Counted from the stretch's first letter, positions 39,564-48,604 are shown. The stretch: DNA of 54,966 nt from a virus (IMGVR_UViG_3300014208_000051:1-54966), one strand, 5' to 3'. The notes: a model not told the origin generated them from the letters alone. Numbers and translations are program-made.

Positions 39564-41004
39564 TTATGATCTTTTTTATTAACGTTTTGATTTCGTTGAT
39601 ATTGTTTTTAAGTTTGATGCTCTTAACAATTTCAAGAGCATCATCCCTAGTCATATTTGGGTTTTCATACCAAGCGTCTTGAACGGCATCCAAAATTTCC
39701 CTGAATATAGGTGACGGTTTAAATCCTAATTGGATTAAATCATTACCATCAATAGGTAATTTCATATTTTCCTTTCTAACATTAGTATTCAAAGTTTTTA
39801 ACCTTTCCCTAACGTTATTAATTTGGTTGGTCATAGCCGTATTGCCAGCATGTGAAATGTTATCAGCGTGAATGGCATCCAAAACATATTCAAGGTTATC
39901 ACCAACTGAAGCAACAAACTTTCTTAATGTTTTATCACTTAGTTTAGATGTGTCATCTTCACCATGTTTCAAATACATATGGTTTCTAACACCATTTGCA
40001 ACGGCATCGATTAAATCGTTTGGATATTTCAATCTTGTCATAACTTGTCTAACAAGTCTTTCACTTGCTTCTTCGTGACCGTAGAAATGAACTTTACCAT
40101 CAGGATCAACAGATTTCGTCACGGTTTTACCAATATCATGAAACAACGCAATTAATCTTGTTTTCAATTCAGGTGGTGTGTTCTTCAATACAGTCATTGT
40201 ATGACCGAAAACATCTTCAGTATGATAATCATTTTGTGCCATACCGATAGCGGCATTGAATTCTTCAATAACATACCTTAATAAATGTGAATCTTTTAAT
40301 AGTTGTATACCTTTTGATGGGTCAACTGTTAATAAAATTTTATTTAATTCATCGGTAATCCTTTCTCTGGAAATATCACTTATTGAATTGGCATGTTTTT
40401 TGATTCCATTTAAAACATCGTCTTCCATCTTAAAATCATATTTAACGGCAAACCTAATTGCTCTTAACATTCTAAGAGGGTCTTCCTTGAATATGATATC
40501 AGGATTAGATGTTGTCCTTATAATACCGTTTTTAATGTCATTTACACCCCTTCCACTTAAATCAAGTATTTCGTCCGTTGAAACATTTTTCATCAATGAA
40601 TTGATGGTTAAATCCCTTCTCATGGTTTCATCCATAAGGTCACCGTTCGTTACATCTGGATTTCTAGATCCTTTGGAGTAAGTTTCTTTCCTTGGGGCAA
40701 CAAACTCCAGATCAATATTTGGCAGTTTATATTTGTTATGGTTTAATGATAGTTTTGATGTTCCGTATCTTGGGTAGATTACTGGGTTACTGTTTTCTTT
40801 GTAGTTACCCAATTTTTGTCCTAACCAAGTCGAAAATATAATACCCGCGTCAATGTCACCATTTACAACAAAATCTAAATCCTTTGGTTTCTTACCCATT
40901 ATTTCGTCACGAACGTATCCACCAACGATATATAATTTTCCCTTCCATTCAGTATTTTTTATAATATCTTTTATAAAATATAAAACTTTTTCAAATTCAT
41001 TCAT
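39556..41004 (-). CDS. cca: CCA tRNA nucleotidyltransferase with HD domain
   Basis: VGGYVRD, DLD, RRDLTIN, EDPLRMLRAIRF, HD. Confidence 0.9.
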   Translation of the reverse strand: MNEFEKVLYFIKDIIKNTEWKGKLYIVGGYVRDEIMGKKPKDLDFVVNGDIDAGIIFSTWLGQKLGNYKENSNPVIYPRYGTSKLSLNHNKYKLPNIDLEFVAPRKETYSKGSRNPDVTNGDLMDETMRRDLTINSLMKNVSTDEILDLSGRGVNDIKNGIIRTTSNPDIIFKEDPLRMLRAIRFAVKYDFKMEDDVLNGIKKHANSISDISRERITDELNKILLTVDPSKGIQLLKDSHLLRYVIEEFNAAIGMAQNDYHTEDVFGHTMTVLKNTPPELKTRLIALFHDIGKTVTKSVDPDGKVHFYGHEEASERLVRQVMTRLKYPNDLIDAVANGVRNHMYLKHGEDDTSKLSDKTLRKFVASVGDNLEYVLDAIHADNISHAGNTAMTNQINNVRERLKTLNTNVRKENMKLPIDGNDLIQLGFKPSPIFREILDAVQDAWYENPNMTRDDALEIVKSIKLKNNINEIKTLIKKIINE

Positions 41005-41146
41005 TCTTTATTATATAAGATAAGTTAGTTATTAAATTTTGATCTTTACCTAAATAAAACAAATAATTAAAATTATTAATTTTACAAAATTCGATAGTAA
41101 TATTAGCCTTTTTAATGTCATTTTTTTTTATCCACCCTTTCTTATC

Positions 41147-41641
41147 TTAAACTTTCATTTTCCTATCTCGTTTTCTATTTCCTTGTCTTACAAGTTCATT
41201 TGCTGCGTATGTTGCCATAACACCATCATGTTTACATCTTGCATGGTAGCCCATACCCTCAACCATACCAATCGCTTGCCTTAAAACAGTGTTTGAACCA
41301 TATCTTGAATCAGGATTTAAGTCAATGTCAATCCATTTTGGCGCTTTGATTCCATTTTCTTTTAGAAATTCAGCAATTTCGATACCTTTCCATACTTCAG
41401 TTAACAATCTAACAGGTGTGTTTCTTTCAAAAGGAGCAACATCACGAGTACATAACACATGACCACCGTGGCCTGGATGATATAAAACTATAACAACACC
41501 ATAAATGGTTTTATGTGTTCCATAATTTTGTGAATCACATCCAATCAAAATTTCAACGTCCTTGTTTACCAATAAGTAATCCTTAATGTATTGAATTACA
41601 TTAGGAATCGGTACTTTACTAAGTGTTCTAAACTGTCTCAT
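41147..41641 (-). CDS. RNase H-like YkuK (DUF458) family protein
   Basis: IGCDSQ...RLLTEV...IDLN. Confidence 0.8.
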   Translation of the reverse strand: MRQFRTLSKVPIPNVIQYIKDYLLVNKDVEILIGCDSQNYGTHKTIYGVVIVLYHPGHGGHVLCTRDVAPFERNTPVRLLTEVWKGIEIAEFLKENGIKAPKWIDIDLNPDSRYGSNTVLRQAIGMVEGMGYHARCKHDGVMATYAANELVRQGNRKRDRKMKV

Positions 41642-41710
41642 TTTTTACTCCTTCCTTTTTACATCGTCCCTTATTTAATTGATGGTAGATGTTTTTAGAT
41701 AAATAGTTTC

Positions 41711-42262
41711 TTATAAAAAGAAACTCATAATTTTATCTTTAATACCCGTTTGTTTGATTCCTTCATAAACGTTCGGACACCACACAAAATTTTTTAAACC
41801 CCATGTACTATCTTCATTTATATCTGTCTTAGTTATTCCTAAATACATGTCATCAACGGCAACCCAATGTGTAACTTCCGGATGTTTTTCTAACCAAGCA
41901 TGGATTTCAAAACATCTTGTTTGTTCATGACCATAATTTCTATTCCATTTGAAATCTTTTGGAACTTCGATATCATTGATTGACGTTGTAAAATCAAGTG
42001 GTTTTTTTATAATCCCTTGATGTTCATAGTATTCTCCAAGCTCTTCTACGGTTGCCCATTGTTTCCAATCGGACGAAACTACAATTTCACAATCAGTTTC
42101 TTCAATAATTTTATTTAATGTATTGATAGCCTTTTTATCAAAGTCATCAAATCTGTCAAGAATGGATTTATCGGTCATCGAACCTTTTCCTTTCTTAAAT
42201 CTAGTACCGAAGTTATTCAACAAACAAATGACACCATCATGATCTAAAAATAATACTTTCAT
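41711..42262 (-). CDS. HAD-family phosphatase (RNA-repair 'Swiss army knife' type)
   Basis: FLDHDGV, IVVSSDW, WVAVDD. Confidence 0.8.
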   Translation of the reverse strand: MKVLFLDHDGVICLLNNFGTRFKKGKGSMTDKSILDRFDDFDKKAINTLNKIIEETDCEIVVSSDWKQWATVEELGEYYEHQGIIKKPLDFTTSINDIEVPKDFKWNRNYGHEQTRCFEIHAWLEKHPEVTHWVAVDDMYLGITKTDINEDSTWGLKNFVWCPNVYEGIKQTGIKDKIMSFFL

Positions 42263-42307
42263 AACAATTTTTTTAATCTCACGTAAAGATACGAAAAAAA
42301 ATTGATA

Positions 42308-42544
42308 TTACGAACTAATTTTAACTAAACTTTCACTATCAATTGCTTTACGGATATATCTCATTAAAGTGATACCACGATATTCATTAACAAAAGTAGC
42401 TGTACCTACGTCATCTTTATCGTTCATGTCAATAGAAAACTGATATACATCATCATTGACAAATAAATTGTAGTATAATACCCCTGCAATCGCGTGACTA
42501 AACTTTGCGGTTGTATTTGTTACCGCTTCTTTCAATGTTATCAT
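42308..42544 (-). CDS. hypothetical protein
   Basis: start re-assigned to MITLKE, downstream of the tRNA. Confidence 0.65.
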   Translation of the reverse strand: MITLKEAVTNTTAKFSHAIAGVLYYNLFVNDDVYQFSIDMNDKDDVGTATFVNEYRGITLMRYIRKAIDSESLVKISS

Positions 42545-42567
42545 AATAGTAAAATTTAATTGATTAG

Positions 42568-42636
42568 TACCGATAGCCAGAATCGAACTGGCCTGTTCTT
42601 CCTTATGAGAGAAGATGTTCACCTTGAACTATCGGC
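42568..42636 (-). tRNA. tRNA-Met/Ile2 (CAT), short D region
   Basis: CTTCT-CTCATAA-GGAAG. Confidence 0.65.
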
Positions 42637-42643
42637 ATTTATT

Positions 42644-42719
42644 TGGGGTGAAAGATGGGACTCGAACCCACAATTTATAGAACCACAATCTATTCGGTTA
42701 CCATTACCGCACAATCACC
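42644..42719 (-). tRNA. tRNA-His (GTG)
   Basis: ATAGA-TTGTGGT-TCTAT, encoded CCA. Confidence 0.85.
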
Positions 42720-42729
42720 ATAAAATTTG

Positions 42730-42807
42730 TCAACCAGATGGGATTCGAACCCACGTAATCGTGATTCACAGTCACGTCCCGAACTACCAATCACGGGTTG
42801 CTGGAGG
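42730..42807 (-). tRNA. tRNA (GTG), weak acceptor stem
   Basis: CGTGA-CTGTGAA-TCACG. Confidence 0.55.
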
Positions 42808-42825
42808 GATGTATTTTCATACTTG

Positions 42826-42911
42826 CGGAAGATGCTGGGATCGAACCAGCGGGCCGATTTCTCGACCACAGTTTAGCAAACTGCCCCATTAAACCACTCT
42901 GGCAATCTTCC
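42826..42911 (-). tRNA. tRNA-Ser (GCT)
   Basis: cloverleaf with long variable arm. Confidence 0.9.
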
Positions 42912-43125
42912 ATTGAAATTTTCGATTATGTTTCCAAGTTCGATACATTCTTACTTGGTAACTCATCAATTGTTTTCCCGAATTTTTGAATCCCCTTCTA
43001 TATCTTGGGTAAAGATTTAATCCTTCATCCCAATATGGATCAAAATAATCAGGTTTAGTTACTACATTGTACTCTTTTCTGCAAGTTGTAGTTTTTGCCA
43101 CTTTTGATTTCTTGTACGGTTTCAT
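42889..43125 (-). CDS. basic hypothetical protein in the tRNA array
   Basis: 78 aa ending RTWKHNRKFQWK; 3' end overlaps tRNA-Ser. Confidence 0.55.
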   Translation of the reverse strand: MKPYKKSKVAKTTTCRKEYNVVTKPDYFDPYWDEGLNLYPRYRRGFKNSGKQLMSYQVRMYRTWKHNRKFQWKIARVV

Positions 43126-43187
43126 AATATTAAGTTATTTAAACCTAATATCCATAGAATCTCCTCATATTAATCAATTTTAATTTG

Positions 43188-43260
43188 TCGGCTGACCCAG
43201 ATTCGAACTGGGATTACGAACTTATCAGATTCGCATCCTAACCTATTAGATGATCTGCCG
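43188..43260 (-). tRNA. tRNA-Ile (GAT)
   Basis: CGAAT-CTGATAA-GTTCG. Confidence 0.8.
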
Positions 43261-43269
43261 AATTGTTAT

Positions 43270-43353
43270 TGGTTGGGATGATCGGGATTGAACCGACATT
43301 TTCACTTACCAATTACCCGTAGCTATCTTATCAGGATAGAGGGTTACATCCCA
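43270..43353 (-). tRNA. non-canonical tRNA (GAT), anticodon arm nested in D-stem
   Basis: TGGGATG TA ACCC [CTATC CTGATAA GATAG] GGGT AATTGG...T arm, CCA. Confidence 0.65.
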
Positions 43354-43364
43354 GTATTAATTTG

Positions 43365-43439
43365 TAGCCGCTACTGGATTCGAACCAGTGACCTTCTGTG
43401 TGTAAAACAGATACTCTGAACCAACTGAGTTAAACAGCC
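43365..43439 (-). tRNA. tRNA-Val (TAC)
   Basis: TCTGT-TTTACAC-ACAGA. Confidence 0.9.
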
Positions 43440-43578
43440 ATAATTAAAAACCTTACTTTACTACACACTACTTGTACTTCGTAGCTAATGCCGGTTGGTT
43501 AACTGTGCGAACACAGGATTTTTATCCGATCACATCCAACGTCTTGTTTGTGACCATCACGAGCATTTCGGGTTTTCG

Positions 43579-43654
43579 TGGCTAATACCGGATTCGAACC
43601 GATGATCTTCTGTATGTAAGACAGACGCTTTAAAACCAACTAAGCGAAGAAGCC
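43579..43654 (-). tRNA. tRNA-Val (TAC)
   Basis: TCTGT-CTTACAT-ACAGA. Confidence 0.85.
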
Positions 43655-43664
43655 ATAATGTTTG

Positions 43665-43751
43665 AGGGAAGGGTGAGATTCGAACTCACGGTGGAACTTA
43701 CGTTCACTAGATTAACAGTCTAGACTTTTCGGCCTCTAAAGCAACCAACCC
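43665..43751 (-). tRNA. tRNA-Asn (GTT) with long variable arm
   Basis: CTAGA-CTGTTAA-TCTAG plus GAAC-GTAA-GTTC arm. Confidence 0.75.
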
Positions 43752-43757
43752 ATAATT

Positions 43758-43919
43758 TTAATTCAATTTCTTTCTTAAATCCGCAATCTTTGTAAGATAA
43801 TCACTAACACTAATTTCCTTTGTGTTGGATGTCTTTTGTGTTAAGTTTTTTCTCATTTCACCTTCAAGTCTATCGATTTCCTCTTGTAACTTGATTCTTT
43901 TTTTGTCAATTTTGCTCAT
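43758..43919 (-). CDS. 53-aa coiled-coil peptide
   Basis: MSKIDKKRIKLQEEIDRLE... between the two tRNA-Asn genes. Confidence 0.5.
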   Translation of the reverse strand: MSKIDKKRIKLQEEIDRLEGEMRKNLTQKTSNTKEISVSDYLTKIADLRKKLN

Positions 43920-43933
43920 AACTTAAATTTCTG

Positions 43934-44018
43934 AGGGAAGGGTGGGATTCGAACCCACGATGAGCTTACGCTACCAGATTAACAGTCTGGACTTTTCGGC
44001 CTCTAAAGCAACCTACCC
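43934..44018 (-). tRNA. tRNA-Asn (GTT) with long variable arm
   Basis: near-duplicate of 43665-43751. Confidence 0.75.
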
Positions 44019-44555
44019 ATTAATTATTGTAACACCTTCATGAATTTCCCCGTGACAATTTGAACAAACTAATACACATTTATCAACTTCATTTTTTAAT
44101 TTTTCAAAAGATAACGATTTGCCTGAAATTGAAAAATCTTTTTCATTTGAATCTCGATGATGAAAATGTAATGAAGTTGAGCATTTATCGTAACCACAGA
44201 TTTCACATTTACCACCTTTATATTCAATTAATCTTAATTTTACTCTTTTTCTCCATAAAATTACTGATTCTGAAGAAGTTTGACGTGTCTTATTTTTTAA
44301 GGTAACATATTTTTTAACAGTTTCATATGCGTGACCTTTTAATTTAGCTACTTTTTTTAAACTTCCAATTTCATCATACAATTTTTGTAATTCAATTTTA
44401 TCAGTATCATTCAATCTATCAGAACATCCACCTAATTTTTCTAAATTACAATGATATGAAACCGTTGATAATGCACATTTTAATTCTTTACTAATTGTTT
44501 TAAAGGACTTTCCTTGTTTTCTTAATTCAATAATCTTTTCGTAATATCTACTCAT
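44013..44555 (-). CDS. HNH homing endonuclease with N-terminal HTH
   Basis: CEICGY...LHFHH...CVLVCSNCHGEIH. Confidence 0.85.
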   Translation of the reverse strand: MSRYYEKIIELRKQGKSFKTISKELKCALSTVSYHCNLEKLGGCSDRLNDTDKIELQKLYDEIGSLKKVAKLKGHAYETVKKYVTLKNKTRQTSSESVILWRKRVKLRLIEYKGGKCEICGYDKCSTSLHFHHRDSNEKDFSISGKSLSFEKLKNEVDKCVLVCSNCHGEIHEGVTIING

Positions 44556-44611
44556 TATTAACATTTTTAGTTAATAATAAATATACATAAAAATAATCAA
44601 AATAAAAAATG

Positions 44612-44684
44612 TGGTCTGAAACGGGATCGAACCGCTGACGCGAGACTCTTCAGGCCTCCGCTCTACCTACTGAGCTACCAAACC
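44612..44684 (-). tRNA. tRNA-Phe (GAA)
   Basis: canonical cloverleaf. Confidence 0.9.
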
Positions 44685-44799
44685 ATAGTTTAAAGGATAT
44701 TCCCGAATAAATGTCCACCCATCATCGGCGCTAACGGCCCATAATATGTGACAAACTACCCACGCGGGAACGTGTATTGTTCCATTTACATATCCTTAG

Positions 44800-44872
44800 T
44801 GGTATTGGGTGGACTCGAACCACCAACGCGAGGCTCTTCAGGCCTCCGCTCTACCATTAGAGCTACAACACC
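44800..44872 (-). tRNA. tRNA-Phe (GAA)
   Basis: canonical cloverleaf. Confidence 0.9.
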
Positions 44873-44883
44873 ATTATTTTAAG

Positions 44884-44957
44884 TAGAGTAGACCGGACTC
44901 GAACCGACAATCCCAACGTCCCAAACGTTGTACCCTAACCAATTAGGCCACTACTCT
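44884..44957 (-). tRNA. tRNA-Pro (TGG)
   Basis: CAACG-TTTGGGA-CGTTG. Confidence 0.85.
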
Positions 44958-44970
44958 ATGTTTAATTTTG

Positions 44971-45045
44971 TCGGAATAATGAGATTCGAACTCATAATAA
45001 CCCTCATTCCAAGTGAGGTAACCACACCTAATGGATCGCATCCCG
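44971..45045 (-). tRNA. tRNA-Pro (TGG)
   Basis: CCTCA-CTTGGAA-TGAGG. Confidence 0.75.
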
Positions 45046-45060
45046 ATAATTGTTATTTTG

Positions 45061-45146
45061 CTGTCCCAGTGAGTCTCGAACTCACAAACCCTTTTGAGGC
45101 ACCAGAGTCAAAGTCTGGCGTGTCTATCCAATTCCACCACAGGACA
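45061..45146 (-). tRNA. tRNA (TTG, Gln anticodon) with Leu-like D arm and long variable arm
   Basis: CCAGA-CTTTGAC-TCTGG plus GCCTC-AAA-AGGGT. Confidence 0.7.
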
Positions 45147-45213
45147 ATCTTTAATTTAAATTTCTACGCTACCGTTTTCTGAACGGTCTATGAAATTCTA
45201 ACAGTCTAGCTCG

Positions 45214-45286
45214 TTGTTCTATTAGGGCTCGAACCTAAACTATCCTGAACCAAAATCAGACGTGTTACCGATTACACCATAGAACA
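45214..45286 (-). tRNA. tRNA-Gln (TTG)
   Basis: TCTGA-TTTTGGT-TCAGG. Confidence 0.85.
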
Positions 45287-45315
45287 ATCTTGTTGAAGGA
45301 TATTGTTTATCCTTG

Positions 45316-45404
45316 CGGAAGCCGTGAGGCTCGAACTCACACGCCGTTTCACCGACCTAATAGTTTTCAAGACTATCCTCTTAAACCAATTTGAGTAGAC
45401 TTCC
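45316..45404 (-). tRNA. tRNA-Ser (TGA)
   Basis: ATAGT-CTTGAAA-ACTAT, long variable arm. Confidence 0.9.
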
Positions 45405-45432
45405 ATTTTTTTTTATTATACTACCATCATGT

Positions 45433-45645
45433 CAAAGAACAAAAAAAAAATCCGAACATTTTGTGTCCGGACTTTCTTTTATATTGAGTAAACTTATTTA
45501 CATCATGTATAAAATATTTCCGAACACTTCACCATTGGTGATTGCACATTAATATTAATACCGTTATGACTAAACGGGTTCATAATACTAAACGATTGCG
45601 ATATGTTCATGATATTTTTCATCTTATTGTTTTTTATAAATATGT
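45433..45645 (-). promoter_or_regulatory. leader-peptide attenuator 1 upstream of tRNA operon
   Basis: TATTTATA, 39-aa uORF 45622-45503, TGTTCGGA anti-terminator, terminator 45441-45474, boxA-like motif. Confidence 0.55.
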
Positions 45646-45733
45646 TACTTTTTGTTTAATTCTTAAATACTGTACAAATATATGAATAATTTTTTAATTT
45701 GCCAAGTATTTTTCAACTTTTTTTATTTTTTTG

Positions 45734-45810
45734 TCCTCTAAGTGGGATTCGAACCCACATGTGACCAATTACCCTTTCTACGGTGTATAAGACTGAGGGG
45801 ATACTAGAGG
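45734..45810 (-). tRNA. non-canonical tRNA (TAT), anticodon arm nested in D-stem
   Basis: CCTCTAG TA TCCC [..CTTATAC..] GGGT AATTGG...GTGGGTTCGAATCCCAC. Confidence 0.65.
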
Positions 45811-45812
45811 AT

Positions 45813-46055
45813 TTACTTTCCGTTATATGGCTTTACTCCTGTTAATTGTACGGGCTTTAAACCGTCAAACTTAACCGAATACTCCATCATGTTCGGATAT
45901 TTGTTCAACACTTCTTTGGTTAACTCTTCCATTTTAAAGGCCGTTTTCCAAATTTCTGACTCGTTCAAATGTTTCCTGATGTCAGTATCATTCACAGGGG
46001 AATAAACTTTTTCATCAACTAAACTACTTCCCATCATCTTACTTAATAGTCCCAT
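45813..46055 (-). CDS. hypothetical protein
   Basis: 80 aa behind a TATCTTTG promoter. Confidence 0.6.
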   Translation of the reverse strand: MGLLSKMMGSSLVDEKVYSPVNDTDIRKHLNESEIWKTAFKMEELTKEVLNKYPNMMEYSVKFDGLKPVQLTGVKPYNGK

Positions 46056-46174
46056 AACTTCTGTTTTTTAATTACAGTACAAAGATACTACTTAATTTTG
46101 ATACTGCCAAACTTTTCAGAACTTTTTTCAAATAATTCACCTATTACAATGTTTTATAGAATTATTCGAAACAG

Positions 46175-46246
46175 AGGCTAGTACTGGAGTCAAACCAGTC
46201 TAATAGGTTTTGCAGACCCACACTTAAATCGCTCAGACAACTAGCC
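46175..46246 (-). tRNA. tRNA-Cys (GCA)
   Basis: TGGGT-CTGCAAA-ACCTA. Confidence 0.75.
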
Positions 46247-46256
46247 ATTAATTTAG

Positions 46257-46331
46257 TAGGGGAGATGGGACTCGAACCCACATCGTCCAATTACACTAAT
46301 ACAGTTTAGAAGACTGTTGTGATACACCCCC
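46257..46331 (-). tRNA. non-canonical tRNA (TCT), anticodon arm nested in D-stem
   Basis: GGGGGTG TA TCAC [ACAGT CTTCTAA ACTGT] GTGT AATTGG...T arm. Confidence 0.65.
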
Positions 46332-46338
46332 ATTTTTG

Positions 46339-46412
46339 TGATTCTGAAGAGATTCGAACTCTTAACAAACTGAATAGGAATCAGTTATTCTTTCCATTTG
46401 AATTACAGAACC
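46339..46412 (-). tRNA. tRNA-Arg (CCT)
   Basis: ACTGA-TTCCTAT-TCAGT. Confidence 0.8.
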
Positions 46413-46550
46413 AAAATTATAATTCCAAACCTACTAACTTTGTACCACACCCGAGCCGGAGTCGAACCGATTCAGTCAGGGAGCCGAACCCTTCCTAAGT
46501 TAATAATTTACTACCGTTCAATATCCTTTCAGAAGATATTGGAATTATTG

Positions 46551-46633
46551 TAGTTCAGGTGGGGGTCGAACCCACACGGATTTCTCCAATAGTGTTTGAG
46601 ACTATCGCGTACTGCCAATTTCGCCACTAAACC
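46551..46633 (-). tRNA. tRNA-Leu (CAA)
   Basis: type II cloverleaf. Confidence 0.9.
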
Positions 46634-46729
46634 ATTTAATTAATAGGAAGTCGATCTTCCCGATCAGTTCGGCATTTTAGCTGGGTCGTTATGCCAGCGT
46701 CCTAATCCTTAGTCGATCATATTAATTTG

Positions 46730-46816
46730 TACCTCTGATGGGAGTCGAACCCACACGTCCCTCACGGAACGACAGATTTTAAGTCTGTTGCGTACTGCCA
46801 ATTTCGCCACAGAGGT
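46730..46816 (-). tRNA. tRNA-Leu (TAA)
   Basis: type II cloverleaf. Confidence 0.9.
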
Positions 46817-47279
46817 ATCTTTTTTTGTTTCTAAAAGTAACAGTTTGTGAATGACAATTCGGACATAGAATTTTTAAATTTTCAATCCTATTATCATCAT
46901 TAATACCATTCATATGCTCTAATTCAAATATAATTTCTTTATTATTCCAATCAGTTAAATGACACTCTTCACACTCTTTCTTTTTTATATTTTCTTTATA
47001 TAATCTTTTTTTTAAATTATTTGTACTTTGGAAAGGTGAATTTTTTATTAGTACATCTTTTAATTCATATTTTAATCCAAAATTTTTATATCTTTCACCT
47101 TGATTCCAAGCCTTTCCCGTAAAATGTGAAGTGTCTATACTCCAATCCTTAATTTTAAAATTAAGCGTTTTATAATTACCGCCACAAGGTTTTAATCCTA
47201 ATTCTCTACAAACATTTGCAATGGAAAATGATGAAGTAACAACTTCACTTAATTTTTCCTGATTATATTGTGTTCTCAT
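46779..47279 (-). CDS. HNH homing endonuclease
   Basis: CEEC...LEHMNG...DNRIENL.ILCPNCHSQT. Confidence 0.85.
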   Translation of the reverse strand: MRTQYNQEKLSEVVTSSFSIANVCRELGLKPCGGNYKTLNFKIKDWSIDTSHFTGKAWNQGERYKNFGLKYELKDVLIKNSPFQSTNNLKKRLYKENIKKKECEECHLTDWNNKEIIFELEHMNGINDDNRIENLKILCPNCHSQTVTFRNKKRYLCGEIGSTQQT

Positions 47280-47368
47280 AATAACTAAATATATCAAAAA
47301 CACATCAAAAAGTAAAGTCGTTATAATAAATTAAAACGAGTCTACCTTTTTATCTTTATCAATAATTT

Positions 47369-47540
47369 CAATGAACTAAAAAACCCGAACTTTGTTTTAT
47401 CAAAATCCGGGTTTAAGTATATTTTTGTATAACTTTTACTCACTTCAGATTTGACATATCAATTCCTAACACCAAACATAAGTTAGGTCTTAAAGATAAT
47501 ATTGATATGTGTCTAAAGTTTTTCATCAGTTATAAATATA
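47369..47540 (-). promoter_or_regulatory. leader-peptide attenuator 2 upstream of tRNA operon
   Basis: TATTTATA, 28-aa uORF 47526-47440, terminator 47378-47414, boxA-like GTTCATTG. Confidence 0.5.
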
Positions 47541-47749
47541 TACTTTTTTGTTTTTATTCTAAACCCTTATTCTTTTTTTATTTTCGAATCATTTAAAACA
47601 TATGATTCAAGTTCTTTCGCAATATCAACCACATTTTTTTTCTCATATTCACCTGTGGTTAATGTGTTTTGTTTTAAACCAATAGCCTGTATTAAACAGG
47701 TAACTCTCATTTGTGTTTTTTCGTACTTTTTCATAAGTTAAAATTTTAG

Positions 47750-47824
47750 TACTACATACGGGAGTCGAACCCGTATTACCCAGGTTGAAAACCTGGCGTC
47801 CTATTCCAATTAGACGAAAGCAGC
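47750..47824 (-). tRNA. tRNA-Glu (TTC)
   Basis: CCAGG-TTTTCAA-CCTGG. Confidence 0.85.
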
Positions 47825-47961
47825 ATCTTTAAGTGATATTGTTTATCACCATAAAAGCTAGTCACAAATCAAAGATTTATGGTTTGATCAAAAATGTACT
47901 CAATCAGTACCTAGTGACTCCTTCCTCTTGTGTCTTCGTGACAATATTTTTCAATGAACTT

Positions 47962-48153
47962 TTAGCTATGTTTAAGCCAAATCAAAAAGAAAATCAACAA
48001 GATTATAACTCCTAAAATGAGACCAAAAATAAGAGGTGATAACACCCAAAACCAAGACCATGTAATAACGTTGGTTAATTTAAGAACAATAAATACTATT
48101 GTTAATAAACCCGTGAAACCAATACCACTTGATGAACTACTTGAATTACTCAT
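47962..48153 (-). CDS. small two-TM membrane protein common in phages
   Basis: SSGIGFTGLLTIVFIVLKL..VI.WSW.WVLSP. Confidence 0.75.
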   Translation of the reverse strand: MSNSSSSSSGIGFTGLLTIVFIVLKLTNVITWSWFWVLSPLIFGLILGVIILLIFFLIWLKHS

Positions 48154-48259
48154 ATTCGTTGTTTTTATTTGATGATACAAGTATAGATATAATTTTTGAT
48201 TCTACCAAATATTTGTATCAAAATTTTTAAATTTCTTCTTCGTCTTGTATAAAATTTTG

Positions 48260-48337
48260 TCATGTGGGTAGGACTTGAACCTACAAACTTGGCCTACGAG
48301 TACTCCGTGCCATAAGTTACCTATTATAAACCACATG
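48260..48337 (-). ncRNA. degenerate tRNA-like element
   Basis: acceptor CATGTGG/CCACATG and T arm intact, no normal anticodon arm. Confidence 0.4.
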
Positions 48338-48425
48338 ATTGATAAAACATTTAGTGGTCGCAGTCATACCATTGTTTCAGGCAGAACCCCCTTGGACAGT
48401 CTATCATAGTCCCACGTCTTAAAAG

Positions 48426-48500
48426 CGGTGAATACGGGATTCGAACCCGTGATGTCCAGCGTGACAGGCTGGCAGGGACGGCCAACTCCCCTAATCCACC
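48426..48500 (-). tRNA. tRNA-Asp (GTC)
   Basis: CCAGC-CTGTCAC-GCTGG. Confidence 0.9.
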
Positions 48501-48604
48501 AAAAAATGCCCCGGTTCAAAACCGAGGACTTCTTCACGGCCTACCATACCGTACAGTATGTTTAGTCGTAGATTTTAAAAGAAAGGGGGATAAACCCCAG
48601 TTTC

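Noticed and set aside
42560-45182. Plus-strand ORFs over the tRNA array (42560, 42798, 44928)
   Set aside because: Antisense to tRNA genes.
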